Source: Nitrospinota bacterium
GTDB lineage: Bacteria; Nitrospinota; Nitrospinia; Nitrospinales; VA-1
Assembly (NCBI GenBank): GCA_014382285.1
Contig: JACNKA010000118.1
Coordinates: forward strand, 1-58,570
DNA: 58,570 nucleotides
Direction of reading: 5' to 3'
Every line of letters starts with the position of its first letter. Position 1 is the first letter of the stretch. The notes below the pieces were generated by a model. That model ran no database searches. It had not been told where the DNA came from and saw nothing but the letters and a program-made list of their open reading frames with translations. Shown here one piece after another: positions 31,604 to 40,359 of the stretch. A program made the position numbers and the translations under genes.

Positions 31604-33526
31604 ATGCCGCAAAACAAGTTTTATATCACCACCCCTATTTATTACGTGAACGATGTACCCCATATTGGCCATGCCTACACCACCATCGCCGCAGATGTAA
31701 TTGCACGATACAAATGCCTCGAGGGTTATGAAGTCTTTTTTCTGACGGGTACCGATGAGCATGGACAAAAAGTTCAGCAAGCTGCCACTGACCTTGGCGT
31801 AAGCCCTCAGGAGCATGTCGACAAACTGCATCAGAGGTTCAAGGAACTCTGGGTGCGGCTCAATATTTCCAACAGTGATTTCATCCGCACTACCGAAGAG
31901 CGACATAAAAAATTAGTCCGTGACATTCTTCAGGACCTCCACTCCAGAGATGAAATTTACCGGGATAGTTATGAAGGCTGGTATTGCACGCCATGTGAAC
32001 GCTTCTGGACCGAAAAAGATCTAGCGGAAGGAAACTGTCCGGAATGTCGGCGCAAGGTCGAAAAAATTAAAGAACATAATTATTTTTTTCGCATGGGAAA
32101 ATATCAGCAATGGCTGATAGATCGGATTAACAGTGATCCGCATTTCATTCTGCCCGCTTCGCGGAGAAATGAAGTTCTCGGGTTTCTGGATCAACCGCTT
32201 GAAGATTTATGTATTTCGCGGCCCAAGTCCCGGCTTCCCTGGGGCATCCCCCTTCCCTTCGATGAAGAATACGTCACCTATGTATGGTTCGATGCTCTGA
32301 TCAACTATATCTCCATTCATGGTTCTTTGGACGATATCAAGGCATCCGGGTTCTGGCCTGCCGACCACAATATGGTTGGCAAAGACATTCTCACCACGCA
32401 TGCGGTGTACTGGTCCACCATGCTGAAGGCCATCGGACTGGAGCCACCCAAAAATATTTTCGCACATGGCTGGTGGACAGTGAACGGACAGAAGATGTCC
32501 AAGTCTTTGTTCAACGTTGTCGAGCCCAATAATTTGATTGACCAGTTCGGGGTCGATGCCATTCGCTATTTCCTTCTGCGCGAAGTTCCCTTTGGACTAG
32601 ACGGCGACTTCTCACACAAAGCCCTCATAGGTAGACTCAATAGCGATCTGGCGAACAACCTCGGTAATTTATTGAACAGAACCATCAGTATGATGAAGAA
32701 GTATTTCGATGGAGTCATACCTCCTCCTGCCACGGTAGGCGATGAAGATAGTGAGCTAGTCACCAAATCTAAAGAAGTCATTGACGATGTACGCAAACTT
32801 TACGATGAACTGGCTTACAATAAAATCCTTCAGAAGGTCTGGGAATTGGTGGACGCCACCAACCAATATATCGACAAGGCTGGTCCATGGAATCTCGTCA
32901 AAACTGACGAGGGTAAAGAACGATTAAAAACCGTGATGTACAACTCAGCCGAATCACTTCGCGTGCTGGGAGTATTGTTGAACCCCTTCATGCCAGAGAG
33001 CACAACATTGCTAATGAAACAATTAGGGGTTGAAACTTCTATCGAAGAACAAGGCATGAAGTCCGTCGATGTCTGGGGTGGGTTGAAACCGGGGAGTCAG
33101 ACGCAAAAGGCCAAACAATTGTTCCCAAGAATCGAAGACAAACAGGCAGAAAATATTCTTGCTGAACTCTCCGCCCCCAAAGAAGAAAAGAAGGACGATG
33201 GCAATCAGATCACCATTGACGATTTCATGAAGGTAGAGCTGCGAACCGGAAAAATTCTCGAAGCAGAAAAAGTCAAAAAATCTAAAAAACTCATCCAGCT
33301 TAAAGTTGATATTGGCACCGAGACAAGACAGGTGCTGGCGGGCATTGCCGAAAGTTACGAACCGGAAGACCTTGTTGGTCGAACAGTGATCATCGTTGCC
33401 AATCTTAAGCCTGCCAAGCTAATGGGCATCGAGTCACAGGGCATGGTTCTGGCGGCAAGCAAGGACGGAAAAATTCTTCTGGCCGGGTTCGATGAAGAAC
33501 CGGGACAAGGTATACAAGTAAGATGA
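31604..33526 (+). CDS. metG: Methionine--tRNA ligase
   Basis: PHIGHAY, KMSKS, YVWFDALINY and a C-terminal tRNA-binding OB domain. Confidence 0.98.
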   Translation: MPQNKFYITTPIYYVNDVPHIGHAYTTIAADVIARYKCLEGYEVFFLTGTDEHGQKVQQAATDLGVSPQEHVDKLHQRFKELWVRLNISNSDFIRTTEERHKKLVRDILQDLHSRDEIYRDSYEGWYCTPCERFWTEKDLAEGNCPECRRKVEKIKEHNYFFRMGKYQQWLIDRINSDPHFILPASRRNEVLGFLDQPLEDLCISRPKSRLPWGIPLPFDEEYVTYVWFDALINYISIHGSLDDIKASGFWPADHNMVGKDILTTHAVYWSTMLKAIGLEPPKNIFAHGWWTVNGQKMSKSLFNVVEPNNLIDQFGVDAIRYFLLREVPFGLDGDFSHKALIGRLNSDLANNLGNLLNRTISMMKKYFDGVIPPPATVGDEDSELVTKSKEVIDDVRKLYDELAYNKILQKVWELVDATNQYIDKAGPWNLVKTDEGKERLKTVMYNSAESLRVLGVLLNPFMPESTTLLMKQLGVETSIEEQGMKSVDVWGGLKPGSQTQKAKQLFPRIEDKQAENILAELSAPKEEKKDDGNQITIDDFMKVELRTGKILEAEKVKKSKKLIQLKVDIGTETRQVLAGIAESYEPEDLVGRTVIIVANLKPAKLMGIESQGMVLAASKDGKILLAGFDEEPGQGIQVR

Positions 33527-34914
33527 TCATTGACACCCACGCGCATATTGATGTCGCCGATTACGATGAAGATCGCGAAGCGGTGATCGAACGCGCCCGT
33601 GAAAACGGTGTGCAATATATGATCAATATCGGTTGCGATGTCGAAAGCAGTTACCGCTCCATGGAACTGTCGGAGCAATACGATTTCATATACGCAACTG
33701 CTGGTGTTCATCCGCACGATGTCAAGTCTATTGACGCAGACACATACGCCCACTTAAGGCAACTGTTACAACACCCGAAAGTCATCGCTCTGGGTGAGAT
33801 TGGACTCGACTACTTCAAAAATTATTCTCCGCAAGATGAACAGCGCACCCATTTCCGCAAACAAATTCAGCTTGCGCGGGAAATGGACAAACCCATCGTC
33901 ATACATAGCCGGGATGCTAATGAAGACATCATCGCCATTCTATCCGAGTTTTACCCGAAAGACCCGACAGCACATTCGGGAATCTTCCACTGCTTTTCTG
34001 GCGATCAGGAACTGGCCGACAAAGCCCTCGAAATGGGATTCTATATTTCCTTTTCCGGATCGATCACGTTTAAAAAAGCCGAAGCCCTCAGGGATGTGGC
34101 AAAAACCGTTCCGGCAGACCGACTGTTCGCCGAAACCGACTGCCCTTACCTGACCCCTGCTCCTCACCGGGGCAAACGCAACGAGCCGGCCTATGTAAAC
34201 TTCACTGCCGAAAAACTTGCGGAAATTCGCGGACTTAAAATTGAGGATGTCAAACGCACCATGGCCCTCAACTTCTTCGAACTGTTCGGAATTGGAGACA
34301 GCGCAAAAACCGGAACCGTTTCATATAAAATCCGCAACTCGCTTTACCTGAACCTGACGCAACGGTGTACCGCAGATTGCGTGTTCTGCACCAGGTTGAC
34401 CCGGCCTGTAGTCCAGGGCTACAACCTGAAGCTGGATCGAGAACCCACAGCAAAAGAAGTTTGGGAGTCCATCGATGATGTTAAAAATTATGACGAGGTT
34501 GTGTTCTGCGGTTTTGGTGAACCAACATTGCGACTGGACGTTATCAAGGAAGTGGCGCAAAAAATAAAAGATGCTGGCGGACGTGTACGGCTCAACACCA
34601 ACGGGCATGGCAACGTCATCAACAAGCGCAACATTCTTCCTGAACTGTCGGGCCTGATTGATGAAATTTCAGTGAGCCTCAATACTGATACCTCAGAAGC
34701 CTATGATGAAATCTGCCAGCCTTTACCCATGTTCCGAAACGGCATTTATGCGAAGATCAAGGAATTCATCGCCGAGGCAAAAAAACATATCCCGGAAGTG
34801 CAGGCCACCATCGTCACGCATCAGAAAAATGTCGATGAAACCCAGTGCGAAGATATTGTCAATAAAGAGTTCGGCGTGAAATACAGGGCAAGAAGATTTA
34901 ATATAGTTGGTTAG
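33523..34914 (+). CDS. TatD-family hydrolase fused to a radical SAM domain
   Basis: DTHAH, GVHPH, GEIGLD, IHSRDA, HCF, ETDCPYL (TatD), followed by NLTQRCTADCVFC (CxxxCxxC), FCGFGEPT and RLNTNG. Confidence 0.92.
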   Translation: MIIDTHAHIDVADYDEDREAVIERARENGVQYMINIGCDVESSYRSMELSEQYDFIYATAGVHPHDVKSIDADTYAHLRQLLQHPKVIALGEIGLDYFKNYSPQDEQRTHFRKQIQLAREMDKPIVIHSRDANEDIIAILSEFYPKDPTAHSGIFHCFSGDQELADKALEMGFYISFSGSITFKKAEALRDVAKTVPADRLFAETDCPYLTPAPHRGKRNEPAYVNFTAEKLAEIRGLKIEDVKRTMALNFFELFGIGDSAKTGTVSYKIRNSLYLNLTQRCTADCVFCTRLTRPVVQGYNLKLDREPTAKEVWESIDDVKNYDEVVFCGFGEPTLRLDVIKEVAQKIKDAGGRVRLNTNGHGNVINKRNILPELSGLIDEISVSLNTDTSEAYDEICQPLPMFRNGIYAKIKEFIAEAKKHIPEVQATIVTHQKNVDETQCEDIVNKEFGVKYRARRFNIVG

Positions 34915-35013
34915 TGGCGAGCCGCCACTGGCAAGTGGCAATAGATTTCTCTGGCGAACAAAAAATTGTCTCTGCGTGAAATACAGGGCAAAACGATTTA
35001 ATATAGCTGGTTA
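34874..35013 (+). repeat. 40-bp imperfect direct repeat (34874-34913 and 34974-35013) duplicating the 3' end of the TatD/rSAM gene
   Basis: gcgtgaaatacagggcaagaagatttaatatagttggtta versus gcgtgaaatacagggcaaaacgatttaatatagctggtta: 3 mismatches, 100-bp period. Confidence 0.9.
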
Positions 35014-35056
35014 AATCACCCCAGCCCCTCTTCAACGAAGGGGGTCGGGGGGATTT
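35013..35056 (+). terminator. GC-rich palindromic hairpin (REP-like element and/or terminator)
   Basis: aaatcaccccagcccctcttc-aac-gaagggggtcggggggattt followed by gctttttat. Confidence 0.55.
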
Positions 35057-35077
35057 GCTTTTTATCCTGAGTGAAGG

Positions 35078-35509
35078 ATGATAATGGAAGAAAACGACAA
35101 GACTACAATCGGCAACAACAAGTCCGGCCTTGGCTGGGTTTCGCTCGGTGCAGGGCTTGCCGGGCTTAGCGTCATGCTCGGTGCATTTGGCGCACATTCT
35201 TTAAAAGCCCGACTGACAGAAAAAAAGCTCGCCACGTTTCACACCGCGACGGACTACCTCGGCTACCACGCTCTCGGCCTGATCGCTATTGGCATTCTGA
35301 TGCTGGCTCTTAGTGAAGATATCCGCGCCAAGCTACAACGCTCGGCCCGGTGGGTCAGCGCAGGCATTGTTTTATTCAGTGGAAGCCTTTATGTGCTCAC
35401 CTTCGATGGACCGCGTTTTTTTGGCCCCATCACCCCTCTGGGCGGACTCTGCTTCATGATCGGTTGGTTCACATTAGCTTACAGCCTTTTGAAATATTCC
35501 CGCACCTGA
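35078..35509 (+). CDS. DUF423 (YgdD/TMEM256-like) membrane protein
   Basis: VMLGAFGAHSL, YHAL, GIVLFSGSLY, GPITPLGGLCFMIGW. Confidence 0.9.
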   Translation: MIMEENDKTTIGNNKSGLGWVSLGAGLAGLSVMLGAFGAHSLKARLTEKKLATFHTATDYLGYHALGLIAIGILMLALSEDIRAKLQRSARWVSAGIVLFSGSLYVLTFDGPRFFGPITPLGGLCFMIGWFTLAYSLLKYSRT

Positions 35510-35559
35510 GCCCATGCAATGACTTCGAGCGCAACGGGGTCGTATTTCTACCACAAAAT

Positions 35560-35590
35560 AAAAAAGGCTCGGGGGTTACCCCGAGCCTTT
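35560..35590 (-). terminator. Rho-independent terminator downstream of the peroxidase gene
   Basis: Stem aaaggctcgggg/ccccgagccttt followed on the minus strand by a T run. Confidence 0.75.
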
Positions 35591-35608
35591 ACGTAATACT
35601 TTTATCCG

Positions 35609-36619
35609 TCAGGGTAGTATGGGCAGTGTCACCCTGATAGGATCACCATCCAGGGCTTTGAGGAATTCGAGCAAATCCTTTTTTTCCTGCTTACTCAACT
35701 CCAGTGGAGTGATAAACGGACTCAGGTTTCCCTTGGTATCCCCACCGCGATCATAGAATTCGATCACATCCTGCAAAGTGGCTTCGCTACCATTATGCAT
35801 ATATGGGGCGGATTTAGTGATGTCTCTCAATCCCGGAGTTTTGAAAGCTCCTTTATCGAAATCGTCTTTGCTTTCATTGTATCGGCCCAGGTCAACTTTC
35901 AAGGGACCGGCTGGTTTGACGCCAATATTATGAAAACCACTGTCGGTAAACACCGGGCCATTGTGACAAATGACACATTTGGCCTTGCCAAAAAATAGAT
36001 TCATCCCATTCACAGCGGAAGCAGACATGGCACTTTTATTACCTGCCCAGTATTTATCATAAGGAGCATTTTTAGAAATCACTGAGCGTTCAAAGGTAGC
36101 AATCGCCTTGGCAATATTGTCTATGGTTAATGTATTCTTGCCAAATACCTTGTCGAATCGACTCACATAACCGGGAAGGGCCTTCAACTCTCGAACCAAT
36201 TCATCATAATCCTGATTCATTTCAACGGATGCGGCGATGGGTCCCTTGGCCTGATCTTCCAATGATTTTTTACGGCCGTCCCACATTTGCAGAGCAAAAT
36301 AACCGCTATTGATGATGGTGGGGGCGTGACGACCCAACTCTTGCTGACCATCACCAATGGTGCGTGGCAAACCATCACTCCAACCCAGCCCAGGGTTATG
36401 ACAGGTGGCGCAACTGATCCAGTTACTTCCTGAAAGTCGGGGATCAAAATAAAGCATCTTGCCCAGTTCTTCCTTGCCTTTGGACCATTTATTATCGGAG
36501 GGATGCTTCATGGCCGGGACGGGCTCGTAGAACGAATCTTCTGCAAAACCTTCAACCGGCAAAAAACCAACAGCACATAAAACCGCTACAACCCAGAAGT
36601 TTTTGGCGATAAATTTCAT
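35609..36619 (-). CDS. Di-heme cytochrome c peroxidase (CCP/MauG family)
   Basis: Signal peptide, LGKMLYFDPRLS, CATCH and CVICH heme motifs, MWDGR, FKTPGLR, APYMHNG. Confidence 0.92.
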   Translation of the reverse strand: MKFIAKNFWVVAVLCAVGFLPVEGFAEDSFYEPVPAMKHPSDNKWSKGKEELGKMLYFDPRLSGSNWISCATCHNPGLGWSDGLPRTIGDGQQELGRHAPTIINSGYFALQMWDGRKKSLEDQAKGPIAASVEMNQDYDELVRELKALPGYVSRFDKVFGKNTLTIDNIAKAIATFERSVISKNAPYDKYWAGNKSAMSASAVNGMNLFFGKAKCVICHNGPVFTDSGFHNIGVKPAGPLKVDLGRYNESKDDFDKGAFKTPGLRDITKSAPYMHNGSEATLQDVIEFYDRGGDTKGNLSPFITPLELSKQEKKDLLEFLKALDGDPIRVTLPILP

Positions 36620-36676
36620 AGCAAAACCTCATCCTTTACTCATTAATTTTTAACAGAGGCCTTTTTCAACAGTCTG

Positions 36677-37144
36677 CTAATGGCAATTCCCAAGGCCTCG
36701 TTTTTCGAGGTATTTTTGATGGTAGTCTTCCGCAACAAAATATTCAGATGCCGCAGTGATCTCCGTAACAATGGCTGATCCGAAACGCCCGGATTGATCC
36801 GCCTTCTCTTTTGACGCTTTGGCAGAGGCTTCCTGATCCGACGAATGAAAGAATATCGCGGAACGATACTGGGTGCCACTATCCGGCCCCTGCCGATTTA
36901 ATGTCGTGGGATCATGACAGCCCCATAACACATCAAGCAATGCTTCATAAGAAACGATGGAAGGATCAAACTCCACCCGAACCACTTCTGCATGACCGGA
37001 GCGCCCGGTGCAAACATCTTCATAAGTAGGATTCTGGGTTGTCCCCCCCGTATAGCCAACCGAAATGGATGTCACGCCCGTGGTTTTTTGGAAGGTCAGT
37101 TCCACACCCCAGAAACACCCGGCACCAAAAGTAGCAACGGCCAT
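36677..37144 (-). CDS. msrA: Peptide-methionine (S)-S-oxide reductase
   Basis: GAGCFWGVE, GHAEVV, QGPDSGTQYRS, AEDYHQKYL. Confidence 0.96.
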   Translation of the reverse strand: MAVATFGAGCFWGVELTFQKTTGVTSISVGYTGGTTQNPTYEDVCTGRSGHAEVVRVEFDPSIVSYEALLDVLWGCHDPTTLNRQGPDSGTQYRSAIFFHSSDQEASAKASKEKADQSGRFGSAIVTEITAASEYFVAEDYHQKYLEKRGLGNCH

Positions 37145-37153
37145 ATTGTTCTC

Positions 37154-37432
37154 CTAACTGCGGCTGGTGATTTCGATCAGGTGATACCCAAACGAAGTCT
37201 GCACGGGACCATGTACAGCTCCTACTTCTTCATTAAACACAACCGTATCAAATTCAGGAACCATCTGGCCGGGGCCGAATGAACCAAGGTCGCCACCCGA
37301 TTTTCCGGAGGGACAGTCAGAGTGTTCTTGAGCCATATCACCAAAGTCCGCCCCACCTTCAATTTGCTTTTTCAAATCTTCACAGGCCTCTTCGGATTTA
37401 ACCAATATGTGCCGAGCTGTTGCTTGAGTCAT
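37154..37432 (-). CDS. ppiC: Parvulin-type peptidyl-prolyl isomerase
   Basis: ARHILV, HSDCPSG, GGDLG, MVPEFD, QTSFGYHLI. Confidence 0.93.
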   Translation of the reverse strand: MTQATARHILVKSEEACEDLKKQIEGGADFGDMAQEHSDCPSGKSGGDLGSFGPGQMVPEFDTVVFNEEVGAVHGPVQTSFGYHLIEITSRS

Positions 37433-37445
37433 AAGAACATCCTTT

Positions 37446-38270
37446 CTATTTTTGGTTATAAATTCTGTAATGATCGCCCAAAAGAACCAGAGCCGTAAAC
37501 GCTAAAACGGTAAAATGCGGCATGTATTTCATGGAATACCAAACAGGAGAAAAACGCACTGTACCACTGATCTCCCCGGAATAATGCTTCAACATTTCCC
37601 CGTATTCTATCATCAAGCGGACGGGAAAACGATCCTGTTCCTGGTTTTTCCGGCGATAAACACGAACTTCAAAGTTCTTTGCTTCACCTCCGTACAGGGT
37701 AAAGCCCATCGTGCCCGAAAAATCCTGCGCTTCTATACCGGGAGGCAGTAAAAGCATCATTCTTATATTTTTGAGCGATCCCGATCGATTCTGAAGAAAC
37801 ACTTTCAAGATGGAAGAATCCAAGTCGGTCGCAGACTCCAGGCTTCCCTCCACTTTGAACACCACAGGCTCTTTGAAAAAAAACGAGTCTGTGACCAGAA
37901 CCGATTTTTTAGTCCCGCTATTCGGATGCGTCCAATATTCCACCATGGCAGTCAGGGGATAGCGGCCCACTCGCATGACAGGGGGATGTTTATCATTTTC
38001 CAGGGTGATGCTCTGCCCCGGATTCAGACGCATGATCTTCGACATCATAGACATCGAGTGGTGAAAATGGAACATCGAACGGACATGATAAACGGGTTGA
38101 GAGCCCGCATTCTTCAAGGTCAACGCCAACTTCACATTTCCAGCGTCATCAACCTGATTCTGGATGGAAACCTCCAGCGGTTCGGCCTGGGCAGAACATA
38201 CCTTCCCAGCCAAAACAGCAAAAAATATTACAGAAAGCTTTAGATAGAGAGACATGGGCCATTTTAACAT
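37446..38270 (-). CDS. Hypothetical exported protein with C-terminal membrane anchor
   Basis: Start reset to ATG 38270 (or 38255), giving a signal peptide (...SVIFFAVLAGKVCSAQA), a beta-rich body and a C-terminal TM helix. The longer track ORF overlaps the SPFH gene antisense. Confidence 0.65.
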   Translation of the reverse strand: MLKWPMSLYLKLSVIFFAVLAGKVCSAQAEPLEVSIQNQVDDAGNVKLALTLKNAGSQPVYHVRSMFHFHHSMSMMSKIMRLNPGQSITLENDKHPPVMRVGRYPLTAMVEYWTHPNSGTKKSVLVTDSFFFKEPVVFKVEGSLESATDLDSSILKVFLQNRSGSLKNIRMMLLLPPGIEAQDFSGTMGFTLYGGEAKNFEVRVYRRKNQEQDRFPVRLMIEYGEMLKHYSGEISGTVRFSPVWYSMKYMPHFTVLAFTALVLLGDHYRIYNQK

Positions 38271-38355
38271 TGTAGAAACGCAATATAAACTCGGACTTAG
38301 CTTGCAAAAGTTGTTATCATCAGGGTAGCCATCCAATAATTTCAGGAGAACCGTT

Positions 38356-39108
38356 ATGGATTTTCTAATGACCCCGCTAATATTACTCGCCCTACTGCTT
38401 TTCAGCATGTTCAAGGTTTTGCGTGAATACGAAAGGGGAGTAATTTTCCTGTTCGGAAGATTCTGGAAGGTTAAGGGACCGGGAATCATCGTTGTATTTC
38501 CCGGAGTCCAGAAAATGGTCAAGGTCAGCCTGCGCACTGTGGTGATGGATGTTCCACCGCAAGATATCATCACCAAGGACAATGTGACGGTGAAAGTCAA
38601 CGCAGTGCTTTATTTCCGTGTAGTCGATTCCAAAAAGGCCATTATCGAGGTGGAGGACTATCTGTATGCAACTTCACAACTCTCACAAACGACTCTGCGA
38701 AGTGTTTTAGGACAAAGCACACTCGACGACCTGCTCTCCAATCGTGAAGAGATCAACGCTCATCTGCAAAAAGTAATCGATGAGCAAACCGAGCCGTGGG
38801 GGGTCAAGGTTGCTAACGTAGAAGTCAAAAATGTTGATCTGCCTCAGGAAATGCAACGCGCATTGGCGAAACAGGCAGAAGCCGAGCGCGAAAGACGGGC
38901 AAAAGTCATCAATGCTCAGGGTGAGTTTGAAGCGGCGCAGAAAACCTGTGATGCTGCAGACCTCATCGGGGCGCACCCGCCAGCATTACAACTGCGTTTT
39001 TTTCAAACTCTGCTGGATCTTTCAAGCGGTGAAGGCACTCATACTTATATCCCAATTCCCTTTGACCTGTTCGATTCGATGCGTAATAAGACTAAAAATG
39101 ACAATTGA
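38356..39108 (+). CDS. SPFH/band 7 (slipin/stomatin-like) protein
   Basis: [15 protein letters not shown]-like [48 protein letters not shown]. Confidence 0.93.
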   Translation: MDFLMTPLILLALLLFSMFKVLREYERGVIFLFGRFWKVKGPGIIVVFPGVQKMVKVSLRTVVMDVPPQDIITKDNVTVKVNAVLYFRVVDSKKAIIEVEDYLYATSQLSQTTLRSVLGQSTLDDLLSNREEINAHLQKVIDEQTEPWGVKVANVEVKNVDLPQEMQRALAKQAEAERERRAKVINAQGEFEAAQKTCDAADLIGAHPPALQLRFFQTLLDLSSGEGTHTYIPIPFDLFDSMRNKTKNDN

Positions 39109-39673
39109 GATTAAGGGAAACTGGGATAAAGGGTTTGCTCATGATGACCATATAGTTAACAGCGTTTACAAAGGACTAAATGAGTTTGGGCACAAAGATT
39201 TTGACAATACCTATAGCCCAATGGGTAGACTGGTCAATAAACTTAAATACAAAAATGACAAATCTGTCATCAAAGGAATTGTCGATTTGCTTGGCAAATA
39301 CGAAGGCATCGCCAAATTCGATGCCATTATTCCAGCACCTTCCTCAAAAAAAAACCGGCCCTACCAACCCGTTGATGAAGTTGCCCTTGAACTGGGAAAA
39401 CGAATGGGTGTTAATGTATTAATTGGTTTTCTTGAAAAAAAAGAAGGTAGCAAACAACTCAAGAATATTGAAGTCTTAAAGGAACGCATTCAGGAACTCA
39501 AAAAAGTCACTTTCATAGCTTCTGATAAAAATATTTCAGGCCAAAAAGTGCTATTATTGGATGACTTATATGACACTGGAACCACACTTAGAGTTTCGAC
39601 CGACTTACTCTATAAACAAGCCAGAGTGAGTACAGTAAGTGTTCTAACAATGACAAAAACCAAGGACAGCTGA
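39098..39673 (+). CDS. ComF-like type I phosphoribosyltransferase
   Basis: ATG 39098 overlaps the SPFH 3' end. KLKYK, IIPAPSS, RPYQPV and the PRPP-binding loop [13 protein letters not shown]. Confidence 0.85.
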   Translation: MTIEIKGNWDKGFAHDDHIVNSVYKGLNEFGHKDFDNTYSPMGRLVNKLKYKNDKSVIKGIVDLLGKYEGIAKFDAIIPAPSSKKNRPYQPVDEVALELGKRMGVNVLIGFLEKKEGSKQLKNIEVLKERIQELKKVTFIASDKNISGQKVLLLDDLYDTGTTLRVSTDLLYKQARVSTVSVLTMTKTKDS

Positions 39674-40236
39674 TGACAACTGTGTTTTTATCGGGTTCGC
39701 GGCAGTTAAACCGACTGAATGACACGATAAAGGCTCGGATCAATAATATGGTCGAGCAAAATTTCCTCATTCTTGTGGGTGATGCCAACGGCGCAGACAA
39801 AGCAATGCAACAATATCTCACTGACTCTCACTACTCGAATGTTAAGGTTTTTTGTGCAGGGAACACGTGCAGGAACAATACTGGCAATTGGGATGTAACA
39901 CAGGTCTATGTAGACTCAAAACTTAATGGACGCGATTTCTACACCGCAAAAGATAAAGAAATGGCCGCGAAAGCAGATTACGGTTTTGTTTTGTGGGATG
40001 GCAAGAGTTCAGGTGCAATCAATAATGTATTTGAGCTATTAAAATATAATAAACAGGCTGTCATATATTTCTCACCTGAAAAAGAGTTTCATACTATTTC
40101 GCATTTAAATGACGCAAAAACTTTACTAAATAAATGCGACCCCGCCACCGTTGACTTAATCAGCAAAAAAATCAAACTGCCCAGTTCAATAGCAGACATC
40201 CAAAAGGCAGCACAAGGAAACTTGGCATTATCTTAA
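39673..40236 (+). CDS. SLOG-superfamily (YspA/DUF2493/DprA-like Rossmann) protein
   Basis: VFLSGSR, VGDANGADKAMQ, KDKEMAAKAD, LWDGKSSGAINNV; TGATG stop/start overlap with the PRTase. Confidence 0.7.
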   Translation: MTTVFLSGSRQLNRLNDTIKARINNMVEQNFLILVGDANGADKAMQQYLTDSHYSNVKVFCAGNTCRNNTGNWDVTQVYVDSKLNGRDFYTAKDKEMAAKADYGFVLWDGKSSGAINNVFELLKYNKQAVIYFSPEKEFHTISHLNDAKTLLNKCDPATVDLISKKIKLPSSIADIQKAAQGNLALS

Positions 40237-40359
40237 TTATATTTAAAGCTACTCTTAAAACCTGCGCATGATACTGGTCGAGGGAGTGCGCAAAATTTTG
40301 ATATTTCCACAATCCCCAACGCAAACGTTTAGCAGGGCTACTAAAACGTCCTGAACGAT

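Noticed and set aside
38271-38600. N-terminal 110 aa of the 384-aa minus-strand ORF
   Set aside because: Overlaps the SPFH gene antisense; the signal peptide begins at 38270.
38831-39097. Apparent 89-aa N-terminal extension of the PRTase
   Set aside because: Alternative frame inside the SPFH gene; PRTase-like sequence begins at ATG 39098.
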